Below are positions 18,173 to 29,632 of a stretch of DNA of 64,000 nucleotides, one piece after another. The notes under the pieces are model-generated. The model made no database searches. It had not been told where the DNA came from and saw only the letters and a program-made list of their open reading frames with translations. The stretch's first letter is position 1; every line of letters begins with the position of its first letter. The translations under genes were made by a program, and so were the position numbers. The stretch is from a virus (lineage: Duplodnaviria > Caudoviricetes): positions 42,308 to 106,307 of the IMG/VR virus record IMGVR_UViG_3300031994_000044, one strand, 5' to 3'.

Positions 18173-20119
18173 TTAATTTTGTTGTATTGTTAATTTAGGC
18201 TCAAATAAGCACAGTTTCAAATCACCATTTTCACATTGGCATTTGGTACCGTCTATTATATAGATGTATTTATCGTCAAGTTTTTTAATTGTTATCGGTA
18301 TGAAAAGATTTTCAATAAAGTTTTCAATTGTAAGTTCTTCTTTCGGCATTACAATCATTGGCATAGTTTTACCATTTCCAGCGTGATTGAATTCGACTTT
18401 CATATAAATAGTTTTCTCTGTATTTCCTTCGGGTATATCGTCGGAAAACAGATAAATATTAAAGCCTTCTGAACATTTTTCCCTATCATACTCATTGGTT
18501 ATTCTTATTGTAGTGTCAACCCTACAATTAGCATCCTCATTTTCACAGAAAACAACCTTAACATTATCAACATTGGGACTTCCATCAACAAATGGATTAA
18601 TCTTGATAACTTCTTCAGGGCTGTCTTCAATAAATGATTTTTGTTTTAAAAATTTAGAGAATAATTCACCACTGTCAAGAAATACAGTTGAATAATATAA
18701 TAATTTTTGCTCAATCGGAACATTTGAATCATAAAATGAAAATCTGAAAAATGATTTACTTACTTTACTCTTTCTATAAAATATATCATTATCAGTAAAA
18801 TTAAGAAAACCAATTAAATCCGATGTCATTCCACTTTGTTCGACAAATTGCTGAATATCTTCCGGATTACCGCTTCCCTCGTAATTATTCCAATATATAT
18901 TGTAATTTTCATCAGGGTCTATATACCATCCGTCTTCATATACATTGCCTGATGTCATTAAAGTATTGTTGTTATTGTTGGGGTCAACTTTTACTCTTTC
19001 CCTGAAATGATTGTAAATTGTAATTGAAGTTAATGGTAAATATGTATAAGAAGTTATAGGCGGATATGTAGGTGTCACAGACGAAACAACTTCATATGGC
19101 GAATATTTAACACGCTCCATGTCTATAAAATCAGGTATTAAAGACTCTTCAATTTTTTCAGCAAAGGTTTCACTGAAAAGGTCTTCTGTGCCTAAATTTG
19201 TCTCATTTGCGTCATTTGACAGGCCTAAACTGACGCTATAATATGATTTATCAATACAAAAACTATTATTATTAAAACCATCATTGGCATATTTAACTGT
19301 TGTTGTGTCAATTAATGAATCAAACCAACTGTCACCGTAAAAACAGCAGTGTTTTACAGAATTTCCGTATGAATCCTTGTCATTAGGATATGTTCTGTAA
19401 AAATAATATGGATTGTATTTAAATTCAATATATGTTGCGCCTGAACTTTCCAATTCGTTGAAATCAGTCAATATGAATTCAGTAGTACTTTCTGATTCAG
19501 GGAAAAAGTTATAATGCCTTGTTTCTATATAATCATAATTTTTACCACATGTTTCATTGTACTCAACACTTGTAAGACAGTCTTCTATTGTCATTTGTGC
19601 GGTCGAACCAGTTGGATTTATTGACGGTTTTCCCTCATCTCTTCTGTATTTTTGTAAAGAATATATACCATGATATGTTCCAAGCAAATTACCGTTATAA
19701 TCTTTAAAATAAACTTCTTGCCCTATTCCATGTAAATTAAATGTTACTGCATTCAAATCTTGCGGAAACATATAGTGGCTTGAATTACAAGTTATTATAT
19801 AATAAGTCCCGTTTTCACTGCTTTTTAATTCAAAGAAATTTTCAGGCAATGCTATTTTTATTGTGCTTGGTAATGTTGCGTGTAATATATGGTCCGAATC
19901 CTCATATTTAATTGTGGAATAGTCATTAAACGAAACCATTCCATTCTCTTCATATCTAACAGTTCTATTGAAATATATCTTATCCCCTTCATCCAAAAAA
20001 TAACAAGTATTATCATTAAGTTTGATAACAAGTTCATTGTCTCGTTCACAAACATAATCATAATTTAATTGTTCAAGCCCGTTAACAGGGGTATTTCTAT
20101 TTATTTTAACAACATCCAT
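18173..20119 (-). CDS. Virion structural protein (hypothetical)
   Basis: 648-aa ORF in the operon. Confidence 0.6.
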   Translation of the reverse strand: MDVVKINRNTPVNGLEQLNYDYVCERDNELVIKLNDNTCYFLDEGDKIYFNRTVRYEENGMVSFNDYSTIKYEDSDHILHATLPSTIKIALPENFFELKSSENGTYYIITCNSSHYMFPQDLNAVTFNLHGIGQEVYFKDYNGNLLGTYHGIYSLQKYRRDEGKPSINPTGSTAQMTIEDCLTSVEYNETCGKNYDYIETRHYNFFPESESTTEFILTDFNELESSGATYIEFKYNPYYFYRTYPNDKDSYGNSVKHCCFYGDSWFDSLIDTTTVKYANDGFNNNSFCIDKSYYSVSLGLSNDANETNLGTEDLFSETFAEKIEESLIPDFIDMERVKYSPYEVVSSVTPTYPPITSYTYLPLTSITIYNHFRERVKVDPNNNNNTLMTSGNVYEDGWYIDPDENYNIYWNNYEGSGNPEDIQQFVEQSGMTSDLIGFLNFTDNDIFYRKSKVSKSFFRFSFYDSNVPIEQKLLYYSTVFLDSGELFSKFLKQKSFIEDSPEEVIKINPFVDGSPNVDNVKVVFCENEDANCRVDTTIRITNEYDREKCSEGFNIYLFSDDIPEGNTEKTIYMKVEFNHAGNGKTMPMIVMPKEELTIENFIENLFIPITIKKLDDKYIYIIDGTKCQCENGDLKLCLFEPKLTIQQN

Positions 20120-20120
20120 T

Positions 20121-22988
20121 TTAATAACAGGTATTTAAAAGATTATCAACTTGATATGCCATGTCATATACATCAGGCCTATATTGCCCATATACAGTAT
20201 ATTGTACGGCTGGATTTGGAATTAGTCTTTGGGTGTGTCTAAACAACGGATAACTAAGACCATAATCGCCATAAGGGTCTTGTCTTCTTAAAAAGAAATT
20301 AATGTTCTTCTGTACATATATGCGACCATTTGAAAATGGTAATTTGGTTAATTCATTGTTTTTATCCAATTGTGACACTTTTAATAATGGTCTCCATGAA
20401 AATTCTTTTGAATTTAAAGAGAACTTAGCATATGTAGGGACACTATCACCGCTCCAAAACATAAAGATTCTTCTTTCACCATTTCCGGGTGCAAAATATT
20501 CGGTATGATTCAATATATCCATGTCGTCAAAGCAGCTTTCGTCAAAATAAACAGTTAAAATCATATCTTTGAATGATTTTATCATTCCCCAATATATGTT
20601 ATGTGTGACTTTATCATAAACAGCAACATAATCACCGTTAATAAATCCAAAATCAATGGGAACCCTCACCTTAAGTATACATCCTTCAACTCCATATTCG
20701 TGGTGTATTTCTGAAGTTTCATAACCTGTAGGTGGTGTTGCTGTTTTTGCATTACTTGGCTCATAATAGTCATATACATATTCTTTTCTGATAATAACTC
20801 CATCACGAATTGTATAAACAACATTCTGGCCAGTTAATTCATAATTATCATAATTTATATACTCGGCTGAAGAATGTTTTAAATCACCCTCTTGTCTTAA
20901 TTTAATTTTTGAATGTGGATTGTAAAAATATCCTTCAGGATGTATGTTGAAAAAAACTAAATTTTTACAGTCATCATCATCGTCTTCTTCATGCAAACTA
21001 TTTGCTATGTCATTACGATAGTATCTTTTTACTTCAAATTTAGAATTATTACCTTTGGAATCTTTTATGTTATTTGCTATATCATAATCATCATGGGTAA
21101 TAACATCTTCAAATAGACTGGTGAATTCGCTTTTAAATATTTCTCGTTGCATTGTATTGAATCTGTGGAAGATATTGGCAATTGGTAAGGTTTCATATTG
21201 ATAATCATTAAATTCAACAATATCACCATAGAATAAGTCATTATCAATTGTAATATCTTCTTCAATAACTTTAGGCCTTCCGTTTAATACAGTCTCTCCC
21301 CACGCTGAAAATGTATTTTTTATTTGTTGTATTGTCGTTGCGGAAGTTTCTCCTGTTATTGTATCACAAATACCACTATCCATATTGTGTAAATAATGGA
21401 TATTGTAATCAAATGGTTCTTCTGTAATATCAACGCCACTAAAATCAATTCCACTTGTTAATGGTCCGAAACAATGTGAATATTCAACATCTGATGTGGT
21501 TAAATTTCTATCATAATACCATTCGTCATGCCCCGCATTTCTTTTTACCACTGTTAAAAAAACTTCTGAGACTTCTCGACCATTTTCATCTAAAAGTCCA
21601 CATAAATTCACATCATCTGTGAAAATTATTTGGGCAATGTCATCACCATATATATTTTTTGAGAACGCTGCCTTATTGACATCACTTATCAAATTTTCAT
21701 CATTTATATTTTTTAATTTTTTAAAAATTCTGACATAATAATTTGATTCACATCCGCTTATAACTCTTTTGTAAAAACATCCGAATAAGTCTAAATTTTC
21801 ATATATTGTTTTTATATCATCATATCTTACAGAAAATATTCTGTCTTTATTTCTACCGTTTAAATCACCAGTTGAATAAACCTTGACTTCTTTTTGATAT
21901 CTTTGGAAATCCAATTTGGTTGCAGGGTCTGTCGTTTTATCGACTCTATAATAGTAGAAATTAACAGTGGACCTACTTGTTAAATTGTGTTTAAAATATG
22001 AACTGCATTGAAGTAATTTAATCCCATTTGAATTGGTTACGGTTTTTATATTGGCTCTTATTTCGCCATTTTCCCCACCACAAATTTCATTGATTAATTT
22101 ATAATCTTTAGCATACGGATATGTTATACAATAGTCCCAATTATTTTCAACTCTTCTTCTGTAGTTATTGTATTTTGGTATGAAAGAGAATAAACTTCTA
22201 TCGGGATATAAATCAATAAACTCACATGGTTTATTACCCGCAAGCATTTCATTAATTGTAATGTCATCATTGTCCCTATTAGGTATGTTTATTGTTCCAG
22301 GATTAGTAAAACCCCACCATCCTTCATCTTCACGGCATCTTAAATTAAAAGCATCTTTTAATGTATATAACGAATCGGTTCCATATAAATGTCTTGGCTT
22401 TTCTCCCGTCTCATCACATATTACATGTAAATTTTCTCTGATAATATTTCCTTTGTCATCTCTTAAATAATCTCGAATTGTATTGTAATAGGCATAAATA
22501 TCGTTTACTGTCGTGTCGGCTGAATTAACTTTGTTTACATGAATAAAAGTTTTCTTTCTAAGCATATGGTTATTAAAAATATCAACACCACAATGATATT
22601 TGAAATTACCGCAAGATGGATGTGAATATTCTGTGTTTCGTATCGCGGTAGAATGATTTACTGGGTCTGTTTCATTTATCGCAGATACAGGTTTAGGTAA
22701 AGAATTAAACTCATCCAAACATTTTGTGTTATCTGAACCCTCATCCGTTACGATTTCAGTGATTGCATTAAAAAGTACATTAGAGCATAATGGATTTACA
22801 TCCAATATGACCCTATATGAACAACATTCATCACGTTCCTTGATATATTGGTCATAAATAGAAAATTCATCAACGAGGCTTTCATCCGGTAAAAGTCTGT
22901 TTTTTACTTCCAAATCAGTATTTATTTGATTTTCAACATTGTTTGAAAGTACACTTCTATTTTTTTCTAATAAACTTTTAATCATCAC
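20121..22988 (-). CDS. Virion structural protein (hypothetical)
   Basis: 955-aa ORF in the operon. Confidence 0.6.
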   Translation of the reverse strand: MMIKSLLEKNRSVLSNNVENQINTDLEVKNRLLPDESLVDEFSIYDQYIKERDECCSYRVILDVNPLCSNVLFNAITEIVTDEGSDNTKCLDEFNSLPKPVSAINETDPVNHSTAIRNTEYSHPSCGNFKYHCGVDIFNNHMLRKKTFIHVNKVNSADTTVNDIYAYYNTIRDYLRDDKGNIIRENLHVICDETGEKPRHLYGTDSLYTLKDAFNLRCREDEGWWGFTNPGTINIPNRDNDDITINEMLAGNKPCEFIDLYPDRSLFSFIPKYNNYRRRVENNWDYCITYPYAKDYKLINEICGGENGEIRANIKTVTNSNGIKLLQCSSYFKHNLTSRSTVNFYYYRVDKTTDPATKLDFQRYQKEVKVYSTGDLNGRNKDRIFSVRYDDIKTIYENLDLFGCFYKRVISGCESNYYVRIFKKLKNINDENLISDVNKAAFSKNIYGDDIAQIIFTDDVNLCGLLDENGREVSEVFLTVVKRNAGHDEWYYDRNLTTSDVEYSHCFGPLTSGIDFSGVDITEEPFDYNIHYLHNMDSGICDTITGETSATTIQQIKNTFSAWGETVLNGRPKVIEEDITIDNDLFYGDIVEFNDYQYETLPIANIFHRFNTMQREIFKSEFTSLFEDVITHDDYDIANNIKDSKGNNSKFEVKRYYRNDIANSLHEEDDDDDCKNLVFFNIHPEGYFYNPHSKIKLRQEGDLKHSSAEYINYDNYELTGQNVVYTIRDGVIIRKEYVYDYYEPSNAKTATPPTGYETSEIHHEYGVEGCILKVRVPIDFGFINGDYVAVYDKVTHNIYWGMIKSFKDMILTVYFDESCFDDMDILNHTEYFAPGNGERRIFMFWSGDSVPTYAKFSLNSKEFSWRPLLKVSQLDKNNELTKLPFSNGRIYVQKNINFFLRRQDPYGDYGLSYPLFRHTQRLIPNPAVQYTVYGQYRPDVYDMAYQVDNLLNTCY

Positions 22989-23021
22989 TTTTAAGTATTA
23001 TTCTATCATAATTAGTTCTTT

Positions 23022-26000
23022 TTAAGAATATCTGAACGGGTTTGGATAAACTTTATAAATATATGAATGCTGTCCATATTCACTGTCATAAATTGTCTTA
23101 ACACCAATGCCAAAAATGTGCTTTGTGTTTATATCAACATTTTGCAAACTATTTGCTTGTTCTATCGGGTATAACATTCCTTCTTGTTTTAATTTTGTCA
23201 TAAAATCTTTAAAATCGGGCCCATAATATTCATCATTTTCAAATTTAATTATTTGAATGTTATTGTCCGGATTACCGTTTCTTACTGTGTAATTAATAAC
23301 AGGTTTAAATGGCAAGTTTTCTTGTATACCCCACATAGCATTATATGTTCCTAATGTTACATCATTTAAGAATAAATCTATTTTGTTGTCATTAAGATTT
23401 TGTTGAGCATTGAATTCGTAATTAGCATAAACACTGCTCTCATTATTATCTTTATACCAGAAAGTAATACGGCTATGGCCTGTTGTACTAAATATTACAT
23501 GCGCAATTACTGTTGTAAACCAAGTAGAAACAGAAATTGTTGAGTCTTCTTTAAAACGGAATAAAACCTCGTATTCTTTTTTATTTTGAAGTACGGCCAA
23601 AAGACGATATACGTATTTTGAAAATTCAGGATTGTGATAATGATAACTTGTTGGTACATTAAACAACTTAACTTGATTCTCATCAATACACCCAATGAAA
23701 TATCGTATATCTTCAGCACTTTCTCCATTTCCAATTATATCATAAATGTTATACGTAATTAAATTATATTTATAAAGTAAATTATCATAAAAATTATAAT
23801 TTTCTACTACATTAATAGTATTAGAAGGATTAAATGAGACGTTTTCAATTACATTAAATGCTAGCTTATTATGATAAGGACTCTCTAAATCATAATATGA
23901 TGGGTTATCATTATATTTTTCTATATTATATATTCTATCAACACTACTTGTCAATGTTAACCCATAAGTATCTGCACTCATAATAGGTGAATTAATAAAT
24001 TCATCATATACTTTAGGCGTATTAGCAGCAAAGAAGCGTTCATTGTTATTATTTTTCATTGTAATACCATTATGTATTGAAATCAATTGGTTGCTATTAA
24101 TATTTGTATTTACTGGTTCATTTGATGCCATAGACAAATTAAAACTACCATAAATTCTTGCATTATAATTAGCAAAGAAAGGTCTTTTCATAACGGGATA
24201 TATAAATGTTGGATAAATAATACCATATTTAACTGTCTCATCAGTTTGTTCTAATTGACTTATTAAATCTGCTTGATTTTTATAAGTTAAAAACTTCAAA
24301 TCACCATAAGGTAATGGTTTAAATACACACCCATAACCTTCATGGAAATAATCATCTTCAAAATCAAGGCTAACTGTATTATCATCATTTTTTTTCATTG
24401 TTCCATGATAAGAACCACCAACAGCATTATTACTGTTATACACTTGTGCGCAGTATTGATAAATACAATTACTGTCATTGGGTGCTTTGCTTAAATTATC
24501 ATCTTCTTGAGTAATATTATTATTGCATTTATTAATACCATATGTAGGTGTTGTGCTTCTTGTATCATCCAAGAAAGACCCCGGTGGTAATGTTGTATAG
24601 TTTTTGCTACAATAAATATTAGGGTAAAGGCCATCGTTTATTGAACTTCCACCTTGTGTCGGCCATTGCGGGCTTCCCCATAATACTTTATTACCACCTA
24701 CAGCATATACATGACTATCAAATAGTCCTAAATTATTCTCTTTGAAGAACATGCTTCTAAAGAAATTTCTATTATAATTATCATCGTGTGTTTCAGCACC
24801 AATATCAGCCCAATTGTTCCACCAAAAATCTTGTGACATGTTAGAAAGAAGGTCATCTCGTTTAATACATTCTTGCCTAAATGTACTACCACTCAGATAT
24901 AAACTAAGGTCACTATTGTCTTTAAATGTAATATTTGTTTGTAATATAGCACTAACTTCTTGTCCTTCAGGACATTGCCATACAATGCATAAATCATAAT
25001 TATCTCCTGGCTTTATTCCAAATGCTGCATACGCGTTTAATTCAGGAAAATAATCACAATATCTATCGTCCAATAGATTATTATTAAGGCTTAGGTTAAA
25101 ACGATATGAAACATTTTCAGTGCCTTCACCATTATAAAGTGATTCGAAATTTTCAACAAAGACGAAACCACCTTCATATATCTCTCTACCACTATTATTT
25201 GTTAAGCCATCACCTGATATCGGTTTTGTAAAATCAATAATAGAAGAATCATATCTAAATAAATCAATACCTATATTAATCTCAGCACTTACTTCAATGT
25301 CATCAGCATCAACAATAGTAACTATATACTTGCCAAAATTAAGCATTAAATTTTCACCATTTTCATTTATGATATAAAAATTATCTTTATTTAATAAATC
25401 TATTAAATTTTGATTTTGTGTGGATGGATTAACTTGTAAAATATCGCCTGCATTATTATCAAATACGTATATTCTTTGATATGGTGTTGTAAGACCTTCA
25501 GTTATTACATGGAGTGTTCCTTTACCCTCACAAAAACTAATTTCAGTACCCAATATTATCTTAGGCTCTGTTTTTATCTTTATTTCATCACATTCAGCGT
25601 AAAATTGTTTATTAAACTCATCAAGAGCTGTAGCACCTTGTTTTAGCCCAAAATAGAAATAATAACTATTTTCATATTGTGGTAAATAATATGTACTGCC
25701 ACTTTTAATTAAAAATTTCTGTTTACAATCATTGAGAGACACATTCCCATCATCACCTCGCTCTAAACCGAATCTATACACATAATAATCAATACTTGTT
25801 GTTTCTAAAGTTCTTGTTTGTGTGTATGCACTTTCTTCCGGGTCTGAATTACTAGTAATACCATATGCACTTAAATTTTCATCCATCACTTTTATATGAG
25901 CATTATATGGATTATCAGTACTACCGTCATGAACAAGTTTATTAAATGCTCCATCGAAATTAATTGGATGGATAAATTCAAAATCATAGAATCTGTAACC

Positions 26001-29000
26001 TGTTTTAGGATTTCTTTTTGTTGCAATTAATCTTTTTTTGTTTAAAGTTGCAAACATTGACCTAAAATCTGTATCTGTTATCTCACCTGATGATATAAAA
26101 CCACTTGGAACTGTGTATACATATTTAAGTTTACCATCAGATGTCAACTCTCTAACATCTTCATGACGTTGTGACATACTTGTACCAATTTCACAAATTC
26201 TTTCCAAATTAATACAACTCTTGATGTTAGTTTGTGAATTTATACAAGATAATCCTAAGAAATGGCCGCCAGGATAATACATCTTAGATTTATCTATTTT
26301 TCCCTGACCAGGACCCGTCCAATTCCATGATATACCAGCGGCTTCTGTCATGGCTATGGTATCATTATAGACATTTTCATTAGGAAAATACGTACTATCA
26401 CTTATATTATACTGTTTAGTACCTTTAAAATAATCTAATTCTTTTTCTAATGGTCCTTTATGTGTTTCGGTGATTCCTGTTGGTGTGGGTATCGTTATTA
26501 CAACATCTTTTCCTAACATTTCAGTTATTCCGTTTTTAACAATACCTGAAGTTGGTTCATCACTAATACACACAGTCCCTCCATCTTTTGCATATAATGG
26601 GCCATTTGTATCCATGTTTGTTAATGCCAAATTAGTTGGCATTATATATGATGTGCTTGTTAAATGTGTAAATGTTTTAGGAAGACCATTTAAGTCACAA
26701 TCATTAAATGTACCAAGCAAAATTATGTCTGTTGCATAAAGGTTTGTTTTTTTATCATCAGTCCTAAATTCACATGGTTTTAAATAATAAACCTTTTGGC
26801 CTTTTAAAGTTGTACCTTCATGGCATATACCGCCATTTTGAGGCCCGAAAACAAGTGCCCTTTTTATTCCGCGTTGTTTATGAAAATTGTTTTCTTGCTT
26901 GATTTGAGAATCCAGGTTAAGATTAGGTTTAGGAACATTTGATATTGTTCTATGGCCTGAAATCGTATAATCAGGCTGATAACCAATTGAACATTGTTGC
27001 ACATATTTCCTAACTCTACGGAAAATTTTTGTGTCATCCATACAACCTTTAATCTTATCTTTAACCCATGTAATACCCAAAAACTTGACTTTTTTGTTTA
27101 TGTATCTCATCCATCTAGGGTTATATATCGTGCCATTAATCCAATCATTATAAAAATCAAAATTAATCACATTATATTCCTGCGCCAAATTCATTTCAAT
27201 ACAAGCAATTAAATAATCAATTTTTGTTGTAAGACAGACACTTTCAAATTCTGTTTCACCACTACTAGTCTGTATAGCTTTTTCGGGTTGATTATTTTGT
27301 GAATCAATTGATTCGGGGTCATTTTGTTCTAATTCACCTTCTGCTACGCTGCATAAAGTTCTTTTAAGTAGGTCAATTTGCCAATACATTTTTTCATCAA
27401 TGTCAGTGCTTAATGTGTAATTATGATAAATGTTTGAATTTAAATTGGGATGATTGGAAAGAAAAGAATCACAATTGCCATCTTCATCACTATACTTTAA
27501 AAGTATTCCACAATTATTAGTTAAGCCGGTGTAGTTGACATCATCGTTATTATAATTAATGTGTTCATCATTAGTACCTTCATCATCCTCTTTATTTAAA
27601 AATGAGGCCTTAATTTCTTTCTGGTCAGTACATCCTTTATATATATAAGCATTTTCATCAAATTGTTTATAACAAGGTGCGAAATACCAATTATCCAAAT
27701 CAGGACAAAGGCCGTCTGTTAATACAATTAATCTTAATTTATTAAGCGTTTTTGCAACAAGTCCTCTTGCTTTTTTAAAACCTCTAATACGATTAACAAA
27801 CCATCCAAGGAATCTAAATACCCACACAGTTACAGTATTAACAATTGAGCAAATAAAAATATAAGCCTTTATCAATATGCACATAATAATGAACATTAAT
27901 GGCAATTTAATTCTTATATTATTATATGGTATTGGATTATTTGACCCAAATTTATTGCAATGTTTAATTCCTGAGAATTTTTCTTTTTTCCAATTGTTAT
28001 GTTTCTGTATTCTTGGGATATATGATTTTACAGAATAAACATTATTCCAGAATAAATCTCTGAATGAATCGTCTTTGGTGTATGTACCGAACTCATAATC
28101 ATAATCTTCTGTTTTGTTTTGTGGATTATGTGGGACCAAAACTTTGGCTCTATAGTAGAAATCAGGATTGTCTTCTGTGTCGTTCATTGAAATTCTAAAT
28201 CTCACGGAAGCCCTTGTTGCTATACCTTTCTCAGGGTCATCTGTTGGGACCATATTACCGAATTCGTCAGTGACCATATAATCAAGATTCATGGGTATTT
28301 GATAACACCAAACACCATCAGCATTAATTAACTTATTTCCTTTGATTTGGAACTCTTCTACACTTCCGCCGGGAGTTTTCCTAATCATTTCGATAGTACC
28401 CTCACCTGTGGTAAGTTCATCCATATATCCCATTGCGTCAGTGGGGATACATTTGGCTGAATAACCGTTAGAAACATTATCGCTGAATATCGAACCCATG
28501 AATACACAGGTAGGCTCGAATTTAAAGTTAACATCAATATCACAACGGCTGAGGCCTATTGTTTCTCCAAGACTGCTATTCCCCCAAAATGGGTTTACAG
28601 TTACTACTTGGTCTTGTGTGAATATTTGGCTGAGATTACCATAATCTGTTCCGCTTTTGAATTTTGTAGGGCTTTCAAATTGTTCTATTGTATAGCCTTT
28701 ATAAACAAAATCTCTTGGTTTTTGGGATAATATACCACAGTCGGACAAATCTAAATCCATGTGCAATGTATGTGTACCCACAGGAACACCGCAAATCATA
28801 TAGTCACCTGCATTATTGGTTTTGGTTGTATATGTATAATAATTGTCAAAAACTTCTAATATAACGTCATTATCAAGAGCATATCTTTTTGTTGGAAAAG
28901 TACCTACGACTTGATGACATCCATCAACACGGTCATTAGGTAAAAGATTATATCTAACACCGTTTTTATCTCTTCCAACAGTGCTTTTAAATGGATAAAT

Positions 29001-29276
29001 ATCACCTATTTCAGGCCCGTTTGCTGTATCAGCAGCAATAAAAATACTGACTTTAGCATTTGGTATACCAAATCCATTATTAGCGATAACACGGCCCACA
29101 ACAACACCATAATTAGAATTGTGCAGTTGATATGCGTCTTTACTTTTAATATTAACGGATAATATTTCGAAGGTATCATAATCCTGTATTAAATCAGCGT
29201 TTACAGTGATGTATTTTTCTTTATTCTCACTACCTACCTTTGTTCTTATCCTGTATGATTTATTAGTTTCTGACAT
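23022..29276 (-). CDS. Giant (2084 aa) baseplate/tail-associated protein
   Basis: N-terminal transthyretin/carboxypeptidase-regulatory-like segment (GVVVGRVIANNGFGIPNAKVSIF), an internal hydrophobic segment and an N-rich C-terminal half. Confidence 0.65.
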   Translation of the reverse strand: MSETNKSYRIRTKVGSENKEKYITVNADLIQDYDTFEILSVNIKSKDAYQLHNSNYGVVVGRVIANNGFGIPNAKVSIFIAADTANGPEIGDIYPFKSTVGRDKNGVRYNLLPNDRVDGCHQVVGTFPTKRYALDNDVILEVFDNYYTYTTKTNNAGDYMICGVPVGTHTLHMDLDLSDCGILSQKPRDFVYKGYTIEQFESPTKFKSGTDYGNLSQIFTQDQVVTVNPFWGNSSLGETIGLSRCDIDVNFKFEPTCVFMGSIFSDNVSNGYSAKCIPTDAMGYMDELTTGEGTIEMIRKTPGGSVEEFQIKGNKLINADGVWCYQIPMNLDYMVTDEFGNMVPTDDPEKGIATRASVRFRISMNDTEDNPDFYYRAKVLVPHNPQNKTEDYDYEFGTYTKDDSFRDLFWNNVYSVKSYIPRIQKHNNWKKEKFSGIKHCNKFGSNNPIPYNNIRIKLPLMFIIMCILIKAYIFICSIVNTVTVWVFRFLGWFVNRIRGFKKARGLVAKTLNKLRLIVLTDGLCPDLDNWYFAPCYKQFDENAYIYKGCTDQKEIKASFLNKEDDEGTNDEHINYNNDDVNYTGLTNNCGILLKYSDEDGNCDSFLSNHPNLNSNIYHNYTLSTDIDEKMYWQIDLLKRTLCSVAEGELEQNDPESIDSQNNQPEKAIQTSSGETEFESVCLTTKIDYLIACIEMNLAQEYNVINFDFYNDWINGTIYNPRWMRYINKKVKFLGITWVKDKIKGCMDDTKIFRRVRKYVQQCSIGYQPDYTISGHRTISNVPKPNLNLDSQIKQENNFHKQRGIKRALVFGPQNGGICHEGTTLKGQKVYYLKPCEFRTDDKKTNLYATDIILLGTFNDCDLNGLPKTFTHLTSTSYIMPTNLALTNMDTNGPLYAKDGGTVCISDEPTSGIVKNGITEMLGKDVVITIPTPTGITETHKGPLEKELDYFKGTKQYNISDSTYFPNENVYNDTIAMTEAAGISWNWTGPGQGKIDKSKMYYPGGHFLGLSCINSQTNIKSCINLERICEIGTSMSQRHEDVRELTSDGKLKYVYTVPSGFISSGEITDTDFRSMFATLNKKRLIATKRNPKTGYRFYDFEFIHPINFDGAFNKLVHDGSTDNPYNAHIKVMDENLSAYGITSNSDPEESAYTQTRTLETTSIDYYVYRFGLERGDDGNVSLNDCKQKFLIKSGSTYYLPQYENSYYFYFGLKQGATALDEFNKQFYAECDEIKIKTEPKIILGTEISFCEGKGTLHVITEGLTTPYQRIYVFDNNAGDILQVNPSTQNQNLIDLLNKDNFYIINENGENLMLNFGKYIVTIVDADDIEVSAEINIGIDLFRYDSSIIDFTKPISGDGLTNNSGREIYEGGFVFVENFESLYNGEGTENVSYRFNLSLNNNLLDDRYCDYFPELNAYAAFGIKPGDNYDLCIVWQCPEGQEVSAILQTNITFKDNSDLSLYLSGSTFRQECIKRDDLLSNMSQDFWWNNWADIGAETHDDNYNRNFFRSMFFKENNLGLFDSHVYAVGGNKVLWGSPQWPTQGGSSINDGLYPNIYCSKNYTTLPPGSFLDDTRSTTPTYGINKCNNNITQEDDNLSKAPNDSNCIYQYCAQVYNSNNAVGGSYHGTMKKNDDNTVSLDFEDDYFHEGYGCVFKPLPYGDLKFLTYKNQADLISQLEQTDETVKYGIIYPTFIYPVMKRPFFANYNARIYGSFNLSMASNEPVNTNINSNQLISIHNGITMKNNNNERFFAANTPKVYDEFINSPIMSADTYGLTLTSSVDRIYNIEKYNDNPSYYDLESPYHNKLAFNVIENVSFNPSNTINVVENYNFYDNLLYKYNLITYNIYDIIGNGESAEDIRYFIGCIDENQVKLFNVPTSYHYHNPEFSKYVYRLLAVLQNKKEYEVLFRFKEDSTISVSTWFTTVIAHVIFSTTGHSRITFWYKDNNESSVYANYEFNAQQNLNDNKIDLFLNDVTLGTYNAMWGIQENLPFKPVINYTVRNGNPDNNIQIIKFENDEYYGPDFKDFMTKLKQEGMLYPIEQANSLQNVDINTKHIFGIGVKTIYDSEYGQHSYIYKVYPNPFRYS

Positions 29277-29511
29277 GGTTTAATCTGAATGTTTTTTTTA
29301 TGTTAATCGGTTTCTTTGAAAAACAATGCCTTGTTAATAAGGCAAGTCCTATAATAGGCATTACTGGTATCATCACCAAAAAAAGTAAAAAACTTTTAAC
29401 ATAATATTCGACACTTTCCCTTATGTGTGTTGTTTTACTTTTAGGCTGATTATCACCATATTTCCTTTGCAAATAAGTTATTTGCTGATTTGTTTTACAA
29501 CCGCAACTCAT
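29263..29511 (-). CDS. Small membrane protein with N-terminal CGC motif
   Basis: MSCGCK start and one hydrophobic helix (FLLFLVMIPVMPIIGLALL). First gene after the late motif at 29532-29539. Confidence 0.65.
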   Translation of the reverse strand: MSCGCKTNQQITYLQRKYGDNQPKSKTTHIRESVEYYVKSFLLFLVMIPVMPIIGLALLTRHCFSKKPINIKKTFRLNHVRN

Positions 29512-29577
29512 TTATTAAATTTTGTTCATTCATAAATAGTTATTATGAAAAATATAAGATAAAATCTTTAAATATAA

Positions 29578-29607
29578 ACAAAAAAGCACACCTTTTTAAG
29601 ATGTGCC
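29578..29607 (-). terminator. Intrinsic terminator after the baseplate wedge gene
   Basis: AAAAAAGCACACCTTTTTAAGATGTGCC; same family as 401-428. Confidence 0.65.
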
Positions 29608-29632
29608 TAAAAATAATGGATTTTTTACGATG

